Below are positions 1 through 50,592 of a stretch of 64,000 nucleotides of DNA, piece after piece (within the stretch, counting starts at the first letter, position 1; the number at the start of each line of letters is the position of its first letter). The notes under the pieces are model-generated. The model worked only from the letters and a program-made list of their open reading frames with translations, made no database searches and was not told the DNA's origin. Both the position numbers and the translations under genes were made by a program. Source of the stretch: Podarcis liolepis. Taxonomy: Eukaryota. The DNA lies in assembly GCA_965112155.1 (NCBI GenBank), contig OZ218103.1; one strand, written 5' to 3'.

Positions 1-976
1 GTTTTCCCACAGTCTTCCATAGTCATCATGTAAAGTGCATTTGGGATAACAAGAAAACTGAAAATGAGAGTTGAAGTTCTGTTAAAAGTCTGAAATTGAA
101 TAGTTCTGTCGTTGTGTTGCCATATTACAAAAGTGTAATTATTAAAGTTGCCATTGGACCCAATGTATTGTTGCAGTCTATAGCAGCCAGTTGTAGAATG
201 ACTTACAACATTTGAACCGGAGCAGTGCGAAAGAAGCATCCAGGCCTAATTCACAGGTGCCAACAGCGGTGTAGGTGGCCACTTGAAATATAACCAAATG
301 GGGGCAACTCTGCATGGAAAGCTATCTGAAATGTGTGTTGTATTAGTGAATTTCAACATACATCAACACAAATATACAATAATAATAATAATCAGGAATA
401 TATGAATAGCTAGAATAAAAGTATTTCACATGAACAGCTTGTTGCACTGAGCCATCTCAGAATAGATGTTCAAGCAGCCACCCACATCACTTCTTATATT
501 TGCAAATCAGGTTTTTGCTAAGTAAGCAGAGGATAACACATTTCCATGACGTACTTGTGGTTTTATGATGAGATGCCCCATGCTCAGGTAGAAGGATATA
601 TGCTCTGGCAGGGAAGTTCGCATATATCAGCCAGGTGCAGCAAAAATTAATATGAAGCTCCTGTTACATTTAAGCATCTTTGTTTTCTACTGGCAGCTAT
701 TTTGGAGAGCTGCCTAATGCTATTGTTATGGATATGAATGTTGACATAGATGTGGCACTCTCTTCCTGGTCACAGGGCCATGCTTCAAGATGAGTTATTT
801 AAAGAACATTGTTTGAAATGTTAATGAAATGGTTGAACTTACACTGATTAAAGTTTCACGTTATACATTAGAATGAAGCCAAATATAAAAACTTTTAAAA
901 TAAATTGTTCTTTGCTGTTAAACTTGGTCATTGAAAAAAAATTATCATAATCTTAAATGAAATTAACGTGGTTTTA

Positions 977-10707
<9,731 letters not shown>

Positions 10708-11433
10708 TTAGTCGTCATCGTGGCCACGTGAGACTACAATCCCCAGCATGCCAAGCGCGTTCTGAGGCCGGCGTTCGGAGGGCTGGACCGTAAACTAGAA
10801 CGCGGAATGAAGTAGTCGCAGAAACGTCGCCTAGAAATAGCCTTTTTTGCCTCTGTCGGTTTCAGAGATGCCCCAAAGAACAGACGCAACGAAGAAGACC
10901 CCGAGCTTTAATAAAAATCTTAGGAACCGCCACATTGAAGGTTCTACCGCGCCAGACGTGCAGCTCTTTCTTCCCAGCGCGCCAGACAAGACCTGGATGT
11001 TTGCTTCAGAAATGGGCGTAAAGATAAATAAGAGCACTGTGGTGGAGAGTTAATGCGAGAAACGTAGCTCTTGGTTTAACTGTGGCATTCAGCCTCCAAC
11101 ATTTAAAAGGGCGTTAGCCAAATTCATGGAGAATAGGGCTTTCCATGCCTACTAGTATCGGAGGCAGTTTAGGAATCGCAAGCAGGGAGAGGAGAGCGCA
11201 TCTGGCTGGCCATTGTGAGCACGGGATGCTGGACTACAGGCGCCTTTGTGTTAATTCAGCCGGGCTCTTCTAACGTTCTTAAGAAACAGGATTTAACCAT
11301 CTTTAGCAAACAGAAAATCCTTCTCTGCTCTGTAAGCCCCGAGAAAGACAGCCTTCTTTTCACACTGGTGCTAAAACCTTTAAGAAGCAAATCCAGAAAA
11401 ACCAGTCTTAATTTGAATTTTCTCACTAAGATT

Positions 11434-11600
11434 CAGGTAGGTAGCCGTGTTGGTCTGACGTAGTCGAAATAAATTAAGAAATTGTCCAGTAGCACCTTAG
11501 AGACCAACTTTGTTCCGAGTATAAGCTTTGGTGTGCATGCACACGGAAGTGTATACCCAGACCAAACTTAGTTGGTCTCTAAGATGCTACTGGACAATTT
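11434..11600. mobile_element. Penelope-like element terminal remnant forming an inverted repeat
   Basis: GTAGCCGTGTTGGTCTG...GTAGCACCTTAGAGACCAACT motif; 31-bp inverted arms 11479-11509 and 11570-11600; central palindrome GTGTGCATGCACAC. Confidence 0.6.
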
Positions 11601-12699
11601 ATTTATTTATTTATTTATTTCTCACTAAGACTCCGGATAGCATTTAACTAGTGTTTGTCAAGCTTCTCTATGTCCAGTAAGGCAAAAGAATCACATGAAA
11701 CGGGTATCAAGTTCTTGTGAATAGAGAGGAGATAAGATTAAGAGCCATTGTAGGCTGTGTGCCTCCTGCAGCCTTGTCACGTTAGAATGCACAGAATCAG
11801 AGTTGTACCTAATCAAGTTGTACCCAATCATGCTCCTAATCAATTTGTATTATTTGTAGAACTGTTATCAAGAGCATTAGCTAACACTAGGCAAAATCTT
11901 TATGATGCAGCGCACTCAAGATTGGAATTTTGAGTCTAGGAAAGATCAAGATTGGCAAGCATTTTCCCTGCATTAGAATAGAATAGTTCGTCGCAGACTG
12001 GTTTTTAAAAGGGCAGGCAGATGCCCTGGAAAAAGCTTGCAAACTAGGCATGATAGCTAGAAATGCAGTGCTTGCCAAATATTGTGGGTGTATGGCAACA
12101 AATAGATGTAATTTTTAGGCACCAGTGCCACACCTTCTAATATCAGCTAGCTAGTAGTCGGTAAACCAGGGCTGAGGAACTAATGGCTTTCCAGCAGTGG
12201 ATGGTTGAGGTGGTTGAGGTTGATGGGAGATACATCTGGGGGCAAGATACCGCATCCTTGTATTTAACAATTTAATGGCAATTAAATTCTCTATTGGCTA
12301 AATACATACTTCCAGTTATCTTTTCCTGAGAGCCCTTATGTAGCCTGGATTGTATTATACTTATCCCTGCCAGGGCTAAAGAACATCAGAAACTAAGGCT
12401 GCAGTCCTATGTACTTAGTTGGGAGTAATACGCATTCAATGCAGGACTTCTGAGTAAACTAGAATAGAATTCCACTCTAAATTGCTTGTTGTTATGGTTC
12501 TTTACCTGCTAGATTGATAAGGCAACATGCACATGTACAGATGCTGGCCAGACAACAGTGCAAAGTTAACCAAATGGTAAGCCTTGTTGTAAAACTAAAT
12601 ACAGAACATATCCAGGGTTAGTCGTCTGAATGCAGGCAGGCAGTTCTTGCATCATTTAAGCAAACAGATGCATATTAGCACAGGAAGGCTTTTGTGTGT

Positions 12700-15600
12700 A
12701 GAATAAAGCAGACACTGAACATTTATAGTGTTTATTAAATTTTATCTACACATAATCAAGACACAAACAATATTTATGGATAGCTTTAGCTCAGTTTCTA
12801 AAATTGCATTTGACCAGATCTAACGTCTGTTCAATTTCTATGAAGCTCTGAGAGTTCCTCAGCAAGATAAATACATATAAAAGGGAAGTTGCTTGCATTT
12901 TCTTTCATCAAGATGTATAGCAGGCATTCATTTTAAGGAGCAATAAAAACATGAGGTACTCAAAGCCCATCCTTTAGTGTGCAAAGATAGTTTAAGATTA
13001 CAGGATATTTTAAGGGACAATGAATGTATGAGCCATAAACTGTTTCTAGTATCCTAAATAATAGTTTAATATGCTATCCTGAGCTATAAACTCCTGAGTT
13101 TACATTTTAGCTTTATGTACTTCAAACACAGGATGTTGTGATTTTTACAGTTCTCCTATGTAAAACACATTTTAGACATACCTTAGAAAAGGAAACAGAA
13201 GGGAAACCATTCAAGTGGATGTTTCACACTTGGGGTAGAACCAAACATAGCACTAAATCTTGCACAATGGAACCTCTCCTTCCTCTCCCCACCCCATGTG
13301 TGCCCCCTTAAATGTACTCTAGAACATTTTTGGGGAGGAGATTCCTGTTGCACAAGCAAAAATCCTTGTGCTAGCAGGGCATGGTAGTTGAATCCCATCC
13401 GTAGTCTTTAAAGTTGGTTGTGTCACAAGATTGTTCTCGGCTAACTGGTCTTTTTTCAAGTTTCCTAACTTGCACAAAAAAGCCTTAAGGCATTTATTTT
13501 TTACAGTTCAACGGAATATTTTTGGCAAGACAATAAAAAAAGATTGTTCTTTAAAGAATTGCAAATGTCGTAGCTTTCGATACTGCCCTCTTCCAAGAAG
13601 TTGGCGTCACTATTTGACACCATTTCCATAAAATAGTCTAAATTCAGCTTCAATTTAGAAATGGTTTATAAACTATTAAAAAAAAATCTTTTCCTCAGCT
13701 ATCTCCAGTCTTGCCGCCTAGATGGTTGTTACAGGAATAAGTAGGAGGAATACCCCTCACTGTACTTAACATATATAAATAGGTTTTTATTAGGAAGACA
13801 TTTAAGATGGCTAACTTCACAAGAATGTCAGCTATCTATATGTTTTGTCTTGGCACAGTGGTCCTAAATTTGTGGAGTGCTAGAAATTGCATTGTTTTAT
13901 GCTACCCTCTCATATGCCACTATGAGAGAGATGACTCAAAGTTCAGACCATTGCTTTCACTTCAGCTTCTTTGCCCTAGCCTAATATTTGCCTGAAGATA
14001 CACATGTGGTTAACTGCTATTTTCGCAATCTTCTGGAAGTAGATCCATAGCAAACAGGTTATTTTTTAAAATCTTCTTGCAGTAAGCATTTTCTTAAAAA
14101 ATCATGTTGTGCAGTAATAGATTAAGTTGGTATGGACTGACAATAAGAAAGTGAAGTTATAGCTTCTGATACTACAAAGAAAATTAGACATTGTTGCTCT
14201 GTAGATTTTTTTAAAAGTTTATTGTTTTGTAAAACTCTTGTAACTCAGGCAACAGCCTCTAATGCAGAACAGAACTTCAATGAGACAGCTTCTTACTGGC
14301 AAATTAGGCTTGAGTATAAAAATGCTGTCAGCAAACAACTTGAGTTGGAGAGACATGCATCCTACATATTGCATCTCAATTAGATTTAACAAAAATACAA
14401 AATAAACTTACCTTCAATTGTTTTTTGTACTGTTCTTAAAACTATTTTAGCTGGTTTTATGGTATAGTTGTAAATTGCCTTAAGGCATATGCAAACAGCA
14501 ATTCATTGATGAATAAATAATAACCTGGTCCAAATGTGCTCATACATTCCAATTGAATTACGAGGAGGGTGGAACTACAGTTAATATTGGTCCCTCAATT
14601 AACAGTCTCTTTTTGTACACTCAGCATGCAAAGCTAAGCTTGGCCCCAGCACGTTTGAGATCTTATTTCCCTTGCTGAACCCCTACTGCTTTTTCCTCCT
14701 AGGCAGTGTCCTGCAATTACGCAGTTGAAGTCTCAAGTTGGGGCTGAAAGCTCTGACAGCTGTTAAACTGAAACACTCCCCAAACCTCCCAGCTTCTCAC
14801 GATTCATTAAATTTTATCCATTGAACATGAATAAAGTATTATAAATCCAGTTTTCAGACCTGGCAGCCATCACTCTCCTCCATCATACAGTATCTCATCC
14901 AAACTGTTGTAATACACACATGAACTGTCTCTACTGTATTTTTATAAAGTTGATAGATCATGACATCATTAAATTACATCATTAAATTTGGGTTTAATTT
15001 TGGAAGACTCATATAACCTTTAACATAAAAACCAGTGAAACAAGCTGTGCAAGACCTCAAATTAAAGATACCTATACCTCGTTCAATGCAGTGGCAATTA
15101 AAGGCTGGTATGCTTTTCACATGTGGATTTTAAAGAGATTACCAAAGGATGCAACTTTGTTACCTGGATATTTTAAAAAGAATGATAACAATGGAGGTTT
15201 GAACAGTTTTATTTTTAATTTCTTTCCCAAAAAGGGAGAAAAAGGCAAAGAGGTGTTGTGAGATGCATCACTGTACTTGCAGATTAGCCAGTAAATGTTA
15301 ATTTTATGGCCCTATAAAAATACACATACTAATTTGTGGACTACAGCTTAGCCATATTGTGTGATTTGTGCATGTGAAGGAAGCAAAAAGTATACGAAAG
15401 CTGTATTCATGGAGTAAATAGACAAGTTAAATACAATCAAGATTTTGTATAAAAATGTTTGGTTGCAAAACCAGTCATCAGTAACCACAGGAACTGAGTT
15501 TTTAGCAAGCCTGCTCAGAATGGGTGCATGATAGCTTTAGAAAAGAATCATGAGAATAACGGAGCTCACATAGGAGTCGTTTACTTCTATATATGAACGG

Positions 15601-16116
15601 TAAACAATTTTATTTTTCAGGTTTTAATCCAAGCTCTTGTATTGTAAGTGGATTCCATTTCCACTCAATTGTCGGTAAAAAGATGCCATATGGTAAGATC
15701 AAGATAATTTACCCTGTGTGACAGAAGTGCAAAGTGGGACAAAACTTCCCAGTTTCAATACACATCCGAACGAATGGCGATGTCTTCCTCATTTCATTAA
15801 GCTGTGCTGTGAAAAGTCAGTGAAGTGCTTTTTCAGTGGAGAGAAAGTTGGCTTTAGGGCACGATATTTTTCTCCTGAAAAGCTGATCTGAAGAATAGTG
15901 TTCCCATTGTGCAAATCCAGTGTGCAAAATTCTATGCACATCTGCCTCTTGTTGCCTTCAACAATCCTTCTCTTAACCCTACATCATGATAAGATAAGGA
16001 ACAGTTCCTCAAAATAAAGATAACCACATCTGGTGAATAATGCAAGATGTTTCATGTCACAAAACGTGAAATAAACCAGAAAAATATTTTCCAGATATGT
16101 TCACAATGCTCAGGAT
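12700..16116 (-). other. Probable long IPO9 3' UTR with candidate poly(A) signals
   Basis: Repeat-poor AT-rich sequence after the stop. AATAAA occurs on the minus strand at 15213-15208 and 12736-12731, the latter followed by a GT/T-rich tract. The site actually used cannot be determined from sequence. Confidence 0.45.
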
Positions 16117-45760
<29,644 letters not shown>

Positions 45761-46054
45761 CCCGCCGCGCCCCTGAGGAGAGCAGCAGCAAAGGCGAGGG
45801 AGAACCTCGGCGGGGCTGGGGGGGGGGCGGGGAAGAAGCGCGAGGCGGGAGGAAAGGCAGCAGCGGGTGCGGGTGAGGCGCCACTAGGCGGGCTGAGGGC
45901 CGCGGCTGCTGCCGCCACCGCGCGCCAAACGCGCACGCAACGACGTTCTCTCGCGCGGAGAGCGGCGCCTGCGAGGATCCCGCCGGAACCGGTTCTCGGA
46001 GAGCGCCCCCTGCAGCACGGATGGAAGCATCGCATCCTTAGGCTGACAACTTTT

Positions 46055-47080
46055 ACTTTTTTTTTTTAAATTGGAGGAGTCCTTTATTACAGATCAGGCA
46101 GATTAAAAAGGTAGACTATGTAAAGCAGAAGACTGAAAGAAAAATGTACCCATTTAACCGTTTCAAAAAACCATGTACGGAAAGAAGCTGAAGGAAAACA
46201 CCCGAGAAGAGGCAGGTGTACCACCGTTCCCATTCTACGCTGGGCTGGTGGAGCCATTTCTCTTGCTGGTCTGCTAAAGAGAAATGTTGACAGCATGCCA
46301 TCTCATTCTGCTGGTACTTAATGGGACAGGCTGGCATGGGTCAGAGGCACCATCATGACAAACCAGAAAGTGCTGGATGAAAAGTGATTCATGGTCAATG
46401 GTGACAGAAATGCCATGCCATGGAATGGCAGGAAGTTGCTGTTTCTGCAGTTACAAGAAAGATAGCAGTGAGCCACACCAAATTCCTGCTTAGCTTTGCA
46501 GACAGCAGGGCTGCTGGACTGGCTGATACAAGTGAAGGACAAAATCTAGGTGTTCATCAGAATTTAGTAAAACCCCATTTTCAGTGGCAAGGCATGGTTT
46601 CCAGTCCTAAAGTTTCAGCAAGGTCAAATCAGGAGAATTTCCCATCCATCATGTAGTAGCGATACATCAGTCCCAACACTATGGCTCCCAAAACAGGATC
46701 AGATGGACTGTCCAGAAACTTCATTCTTTCGAGGGAGACTTGTTTGGAACCTTGGAGGCATTAGGAGTACTGTCATATGGATGAACCTCTCCTATAAGGC
46801 ATTGGTCAAGCATCTCTCGGGCATCCAAAGAGTGGCCAACATCTTCAAAGTTCTCAGTGGCATCTCTACCAGCTTGTTTGAGCAGAATCTCCTCTCCACC
46901 TGGATGCTCACTGAGGAAGCGGGTGATGTCATAGACACGCCCACTGATGACCAGTCTCCTAGTTGGTGTTTCGCTTCACCACTTTGTCCAGGGTGAAGAC
47001 CCCTTTTGCGGGTCTCCAGCATGTCCCCGCTACCATGCTCCTTTCTTGACCCCATTCAGACTTGCCCACCTCAACCGAAC
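46055..47080 (-). pseudogene. CYB5B: Processed (intronless) pseudogene of cytochrome b5 type B (outer mitochondrial membrane)
   Basis: Minus-strand pieces translate to [13 protein letters not shown], then [59 protein letters not shown]...KE* (46954-46721), then PVLGAIVLGLMYRYYMMDGKFS* (46697-46629). AATAAA at 46088-46083, A11 tail at 46067-46057, TSD at 46040-46054 and 47081-47092. Confidence 0.92.
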
Positions 47081-49878
47081 AGGCTGACTTTTGGAAAAAG
47101 AAAAAAAAGGACAGTGGGATCCATCCATTTTTGGCTGGCTTAGGGGTCCAGCTCAATAGCTTTTGCTGGAAATAGGGATGGGCACCATTATTGCTGGACA
47201 GGGATGGGCAGATACAATACAAAAATTGACTGTTCGTCTACATCTTGAAGCAGGGGGTGGGGAATGTTTGGCTCTTGCTGGACTACAACTTCCTTCACCC
47301 CTTGACCATGGGTTATGCTTGCTGGGAATGGTGGGAGTTGGAGTCCAACGAAGATCACCTGTTCCTCCCTACTGGTTATTGCTTTGTTTGTTGATGAGAA
47401 TGAGGATGATTATGATGTGTTTTTTGTTTTCATTTTGTATGTTGTGAACGGCCCTGTGATTGTCAGATGAAGGGTGGTATACAAATTTAATCAATAAAAG
47501 TTAAAATAAATAACAAGACAAAAGACAGGGAGGAGAAATGACCTTGCTTCTTGACTGTGGAGGGACTATACCAGCTTATTTCTGACCAATTAGGGAACCT
47601 TGATTGAAATGGGCTTACTCTCATGTGTGCTTAGAATTACATTCTTTACATTCATTCTGATTTGGTCTGGCCATTGCAAAGCTCTGGACAGTCAGCTGAG
47701 CAGTGGTAAAATGTGGAGATGTACTGAAGGGGCATCTGAAAGGACTGCAAGCTCCCACTGTCTGGATATTAGGGTAATCAGAGCTCCTTCTCTGGGTGTC
47801 CCTGATATCAGTTAGGTGGATGGTGACCAGAAAAAAAAATTCTTCAAGATGGCACATGGTTGTATACATGTCATGGGCCCCTGCTGGATAGCATGCATGA
47901 TTGCTATTAATGAGTAGGCATCACTGTGCATACACAATCTTGTGTCTCTAAAAAAAACCAAGCATTTTTTTCCTCATTGCCACCATCAGAATTAAAATGC
48001 CCTCCCACTCACCCATCCTTCTCAGTAGTGAGCTATGTAGCTAAAAGCAAGCAGAGCTGTAGCTTGGCATCATTCTCTTGGCTGTACTTCAAATAGTGGT
48101 GAGGCAGTAAAGAGAGAGAAGATTGCTGAAAGCCCAATAAGGGCTGCTTTCTTAAGCCAACTGCTCATACAGCCCTGGAAGAACAGGAGAACTGAAGGGC
48201 TACACTGTGTTGCCACAGCTGACTTCCCTTATATGGATTGGATGAGTGCTATGGAGGATACAAAATACAAAGGCTGCACCAAGAGGCCCTAAGAATTGAC
48301 CAGAATTTGGTTGCATTTATAAATTTTATGTCTGTCCTTGTCTATTGTCTGCTGATTTATTTTGTACTGTGTGTTTTTTATTGTACATTGCCTTGTAATT
48401 TCAAATTGAAGTTGATATATAAATATAATGATGATGATGATGATGATGAGAGGGGACTTTTATTAATCAGAGCTGAAAAGGAAAAAAAAAATACTTGCAA
48501 CTTCTACATGCCTGGAGGGCTTGCCTAAACAAAAGATGTTTCAAACAGGCACCATTAAGATTACAGTGGAAGTGCCTACTACCTGACCTCATTCACAGGA
48601 AGTTCCACAGTGTACATGCTGCCACACTAAAAGACAGATTTATTACAAGTGCAGAACAAGTATTATGTGGCACCTGTAACAAATGTCCTGCAGCATCAAT
48701 ACATAGCAAAGTTATTTTTCCTCCACCCCCCAATTGTATGCTGAAGCAAACTGCTGAATGGCTTGCAGTGCTTTTCTTAAGAGTGGCTGAAATGCATTTA
48801 ATTAATCATGCAAAAACCACAGACAAAAATGTGTGGATTTTTCACAAATCCAACATGTCCTATAAATATCCCATTGTTTGTCTTGCAGATGGATGCATGA
48901 AACCACAAGCATGGTCTGACTATAGGCATCTTTCTTTTGAACTAGCACATTCTGAGGTAAAGTTGGGTTGCAGCCAGAATTAAATATGCCAGTTCAGATT
49001 TCATGAGCAGGCAGTAGTGAGACATGTGTCATGCCAGTGAAGTGCATGACAGAGCCTATAAACATCCAGATGATCAGAGACATTATTATTTCTGGCCTAT
49101 TACCAATACAGTATTTGTACTAACCCAATTTCATTGTTGCTATTTTAAGACAAAGCTCCCTAACTGGCTTTGTTGTGCAACGGCTTTCACTAAAGAGAAT
49201 GCCTGAGAGGACGCTTTGCATAGATCAACACGGTGACAATTTAAATGTTTCCAGCACTGGCTTGTTACATCAGCACCCATGTGTTCTAGAGTAAATGCTT
49301 GAGAACACTGCTTTGCATAGACCGGCATGGTGACAAAACAATGCTATTTAAGTGCTTCCATATGAAAGATCACACTGTTTTCTTATACCAGGATCCTTGT
49401 GTTCTAGATCTGATTCTGTCAAAATGATGGCAATCTCTCTGTAATAACCTCACTATTGTACAGGGAACCAACCAGACCACTGTATGTAACCCAATTTCAT
49501 GCTGGCTGTGCAGTGGTGATATGATAAAGTCTGGTTTTTTGTTTCCTTCCCACAATGCAGTGCTTTCGAAGCTGAGGGCCTTTGCAGGAACCTGGCAAAA
49601 CAATGTAATATTGGCCACTCTTTCTCCCACTCCCATACAATAGGTGCTCCCCTCTCCCCAAAATAAAAACACTGTCATAGGCCAATAATGTTTTTACCTT
49701 TAAACATGCATCTCTCATAAGGGGAAAAGGCTGGCAGCACTGGCTCCAAGGTAACATTGTCGATTGAAATGAGATGTTTATTGGTCTGAAGAGGGTACAT
49801 TTCTGAAAATCTTAGGACTGAACAGTCTACAAAACTTTTGTTACTACTCTATTGATGCTGCTACTTTGTCTCATTGTA

Positions 49879-50087
49879 CAGTGGTACCTTGGGTTAAGAA
49901 CTTAATTTGTTCTGGAGGTCCGTTCTTAACCCGAGGTACCACTTTAGCTAATGGGGCCTCCAGCTGCCGCCAAGCCGCAGCCGTGTGATTCCTGTTCTCA
50001 TCCTGAAGCAAAGTTCTTAACCCAAGGTACTATTTCTGGGTTAGCGGAGTCTGTAACCTGAAGCGTCTGTAACCCGAGGTACCACTG
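49879..50087. mobile_element. Tigger-like MITE, same family as 42064-42298
   Basis: TIRs CAGTGGTACCT; TA TSD; interior shared with the 42064 copy. Confidence 0.85.
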
Positions 50088-50535
50088 TATAACTTGGATG
50101 AGTTGTGCCAAGTCAAAGATACACACTGGTGTTCTTAAGCTCACGAGGACTTTTGATTCAGGAGGTGCTTCTGCTAAGCCAATGGATGATCACAGAGGGG
50201 GTTGTTCACCATTTCTTCCTTGCCCCCACAGGTACAAGCATTTCCCCAAAATCAGAGCGAATGTTGAGGGACACTTCTGAAAATATGGGAGGTGGCATAG
50301 GTTGACTATAGCAGAAAGAGCTGGTCTGCAAAATTCACGTTCCCTCAGAATCTGCTAGCAGAGGTGTCCACTGATTTTCCACCCAAGCAACACAGCATTT
50401 TGGAAAGGAACACACCTAGGACAGTATTTCTCTCACACACAATCTTTTTCTACACAGTTCTGGAACAGGTTTCTTCATAAAGGAGCAAAATGTTTTTCAT
50501 TCTGCCCCTCCAACCAAGTGTTGATCAATATGCTC

Positions 50536-50536
50536 T

Positions 50537-50575
<39 letters not shown>

Positions 50576-50592
50576 TAAATAAATAAATAAAT
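50536..50592. repeat. (TTTA)n microsatellite abutting its inverse (TAAA)n
   Basis: Directly visible; perfect 34-bp palindrome 50559-50592. Confidence 0.9.

Noticed and set aside
13710-13730. CTCF-like motif GCCGCCTAGATGG
   Set aside because: Several mismatches to the core consensus; not supportable without ChIP data.
46703-47222. ORFs 46703-46996(+), 46792-47055(-) and 46959-47222(-) as genes
   Set aside because: Antisense or off-frame shadows of the disabled CYB5B retrocopy; only short parts are in the ancestral frame.
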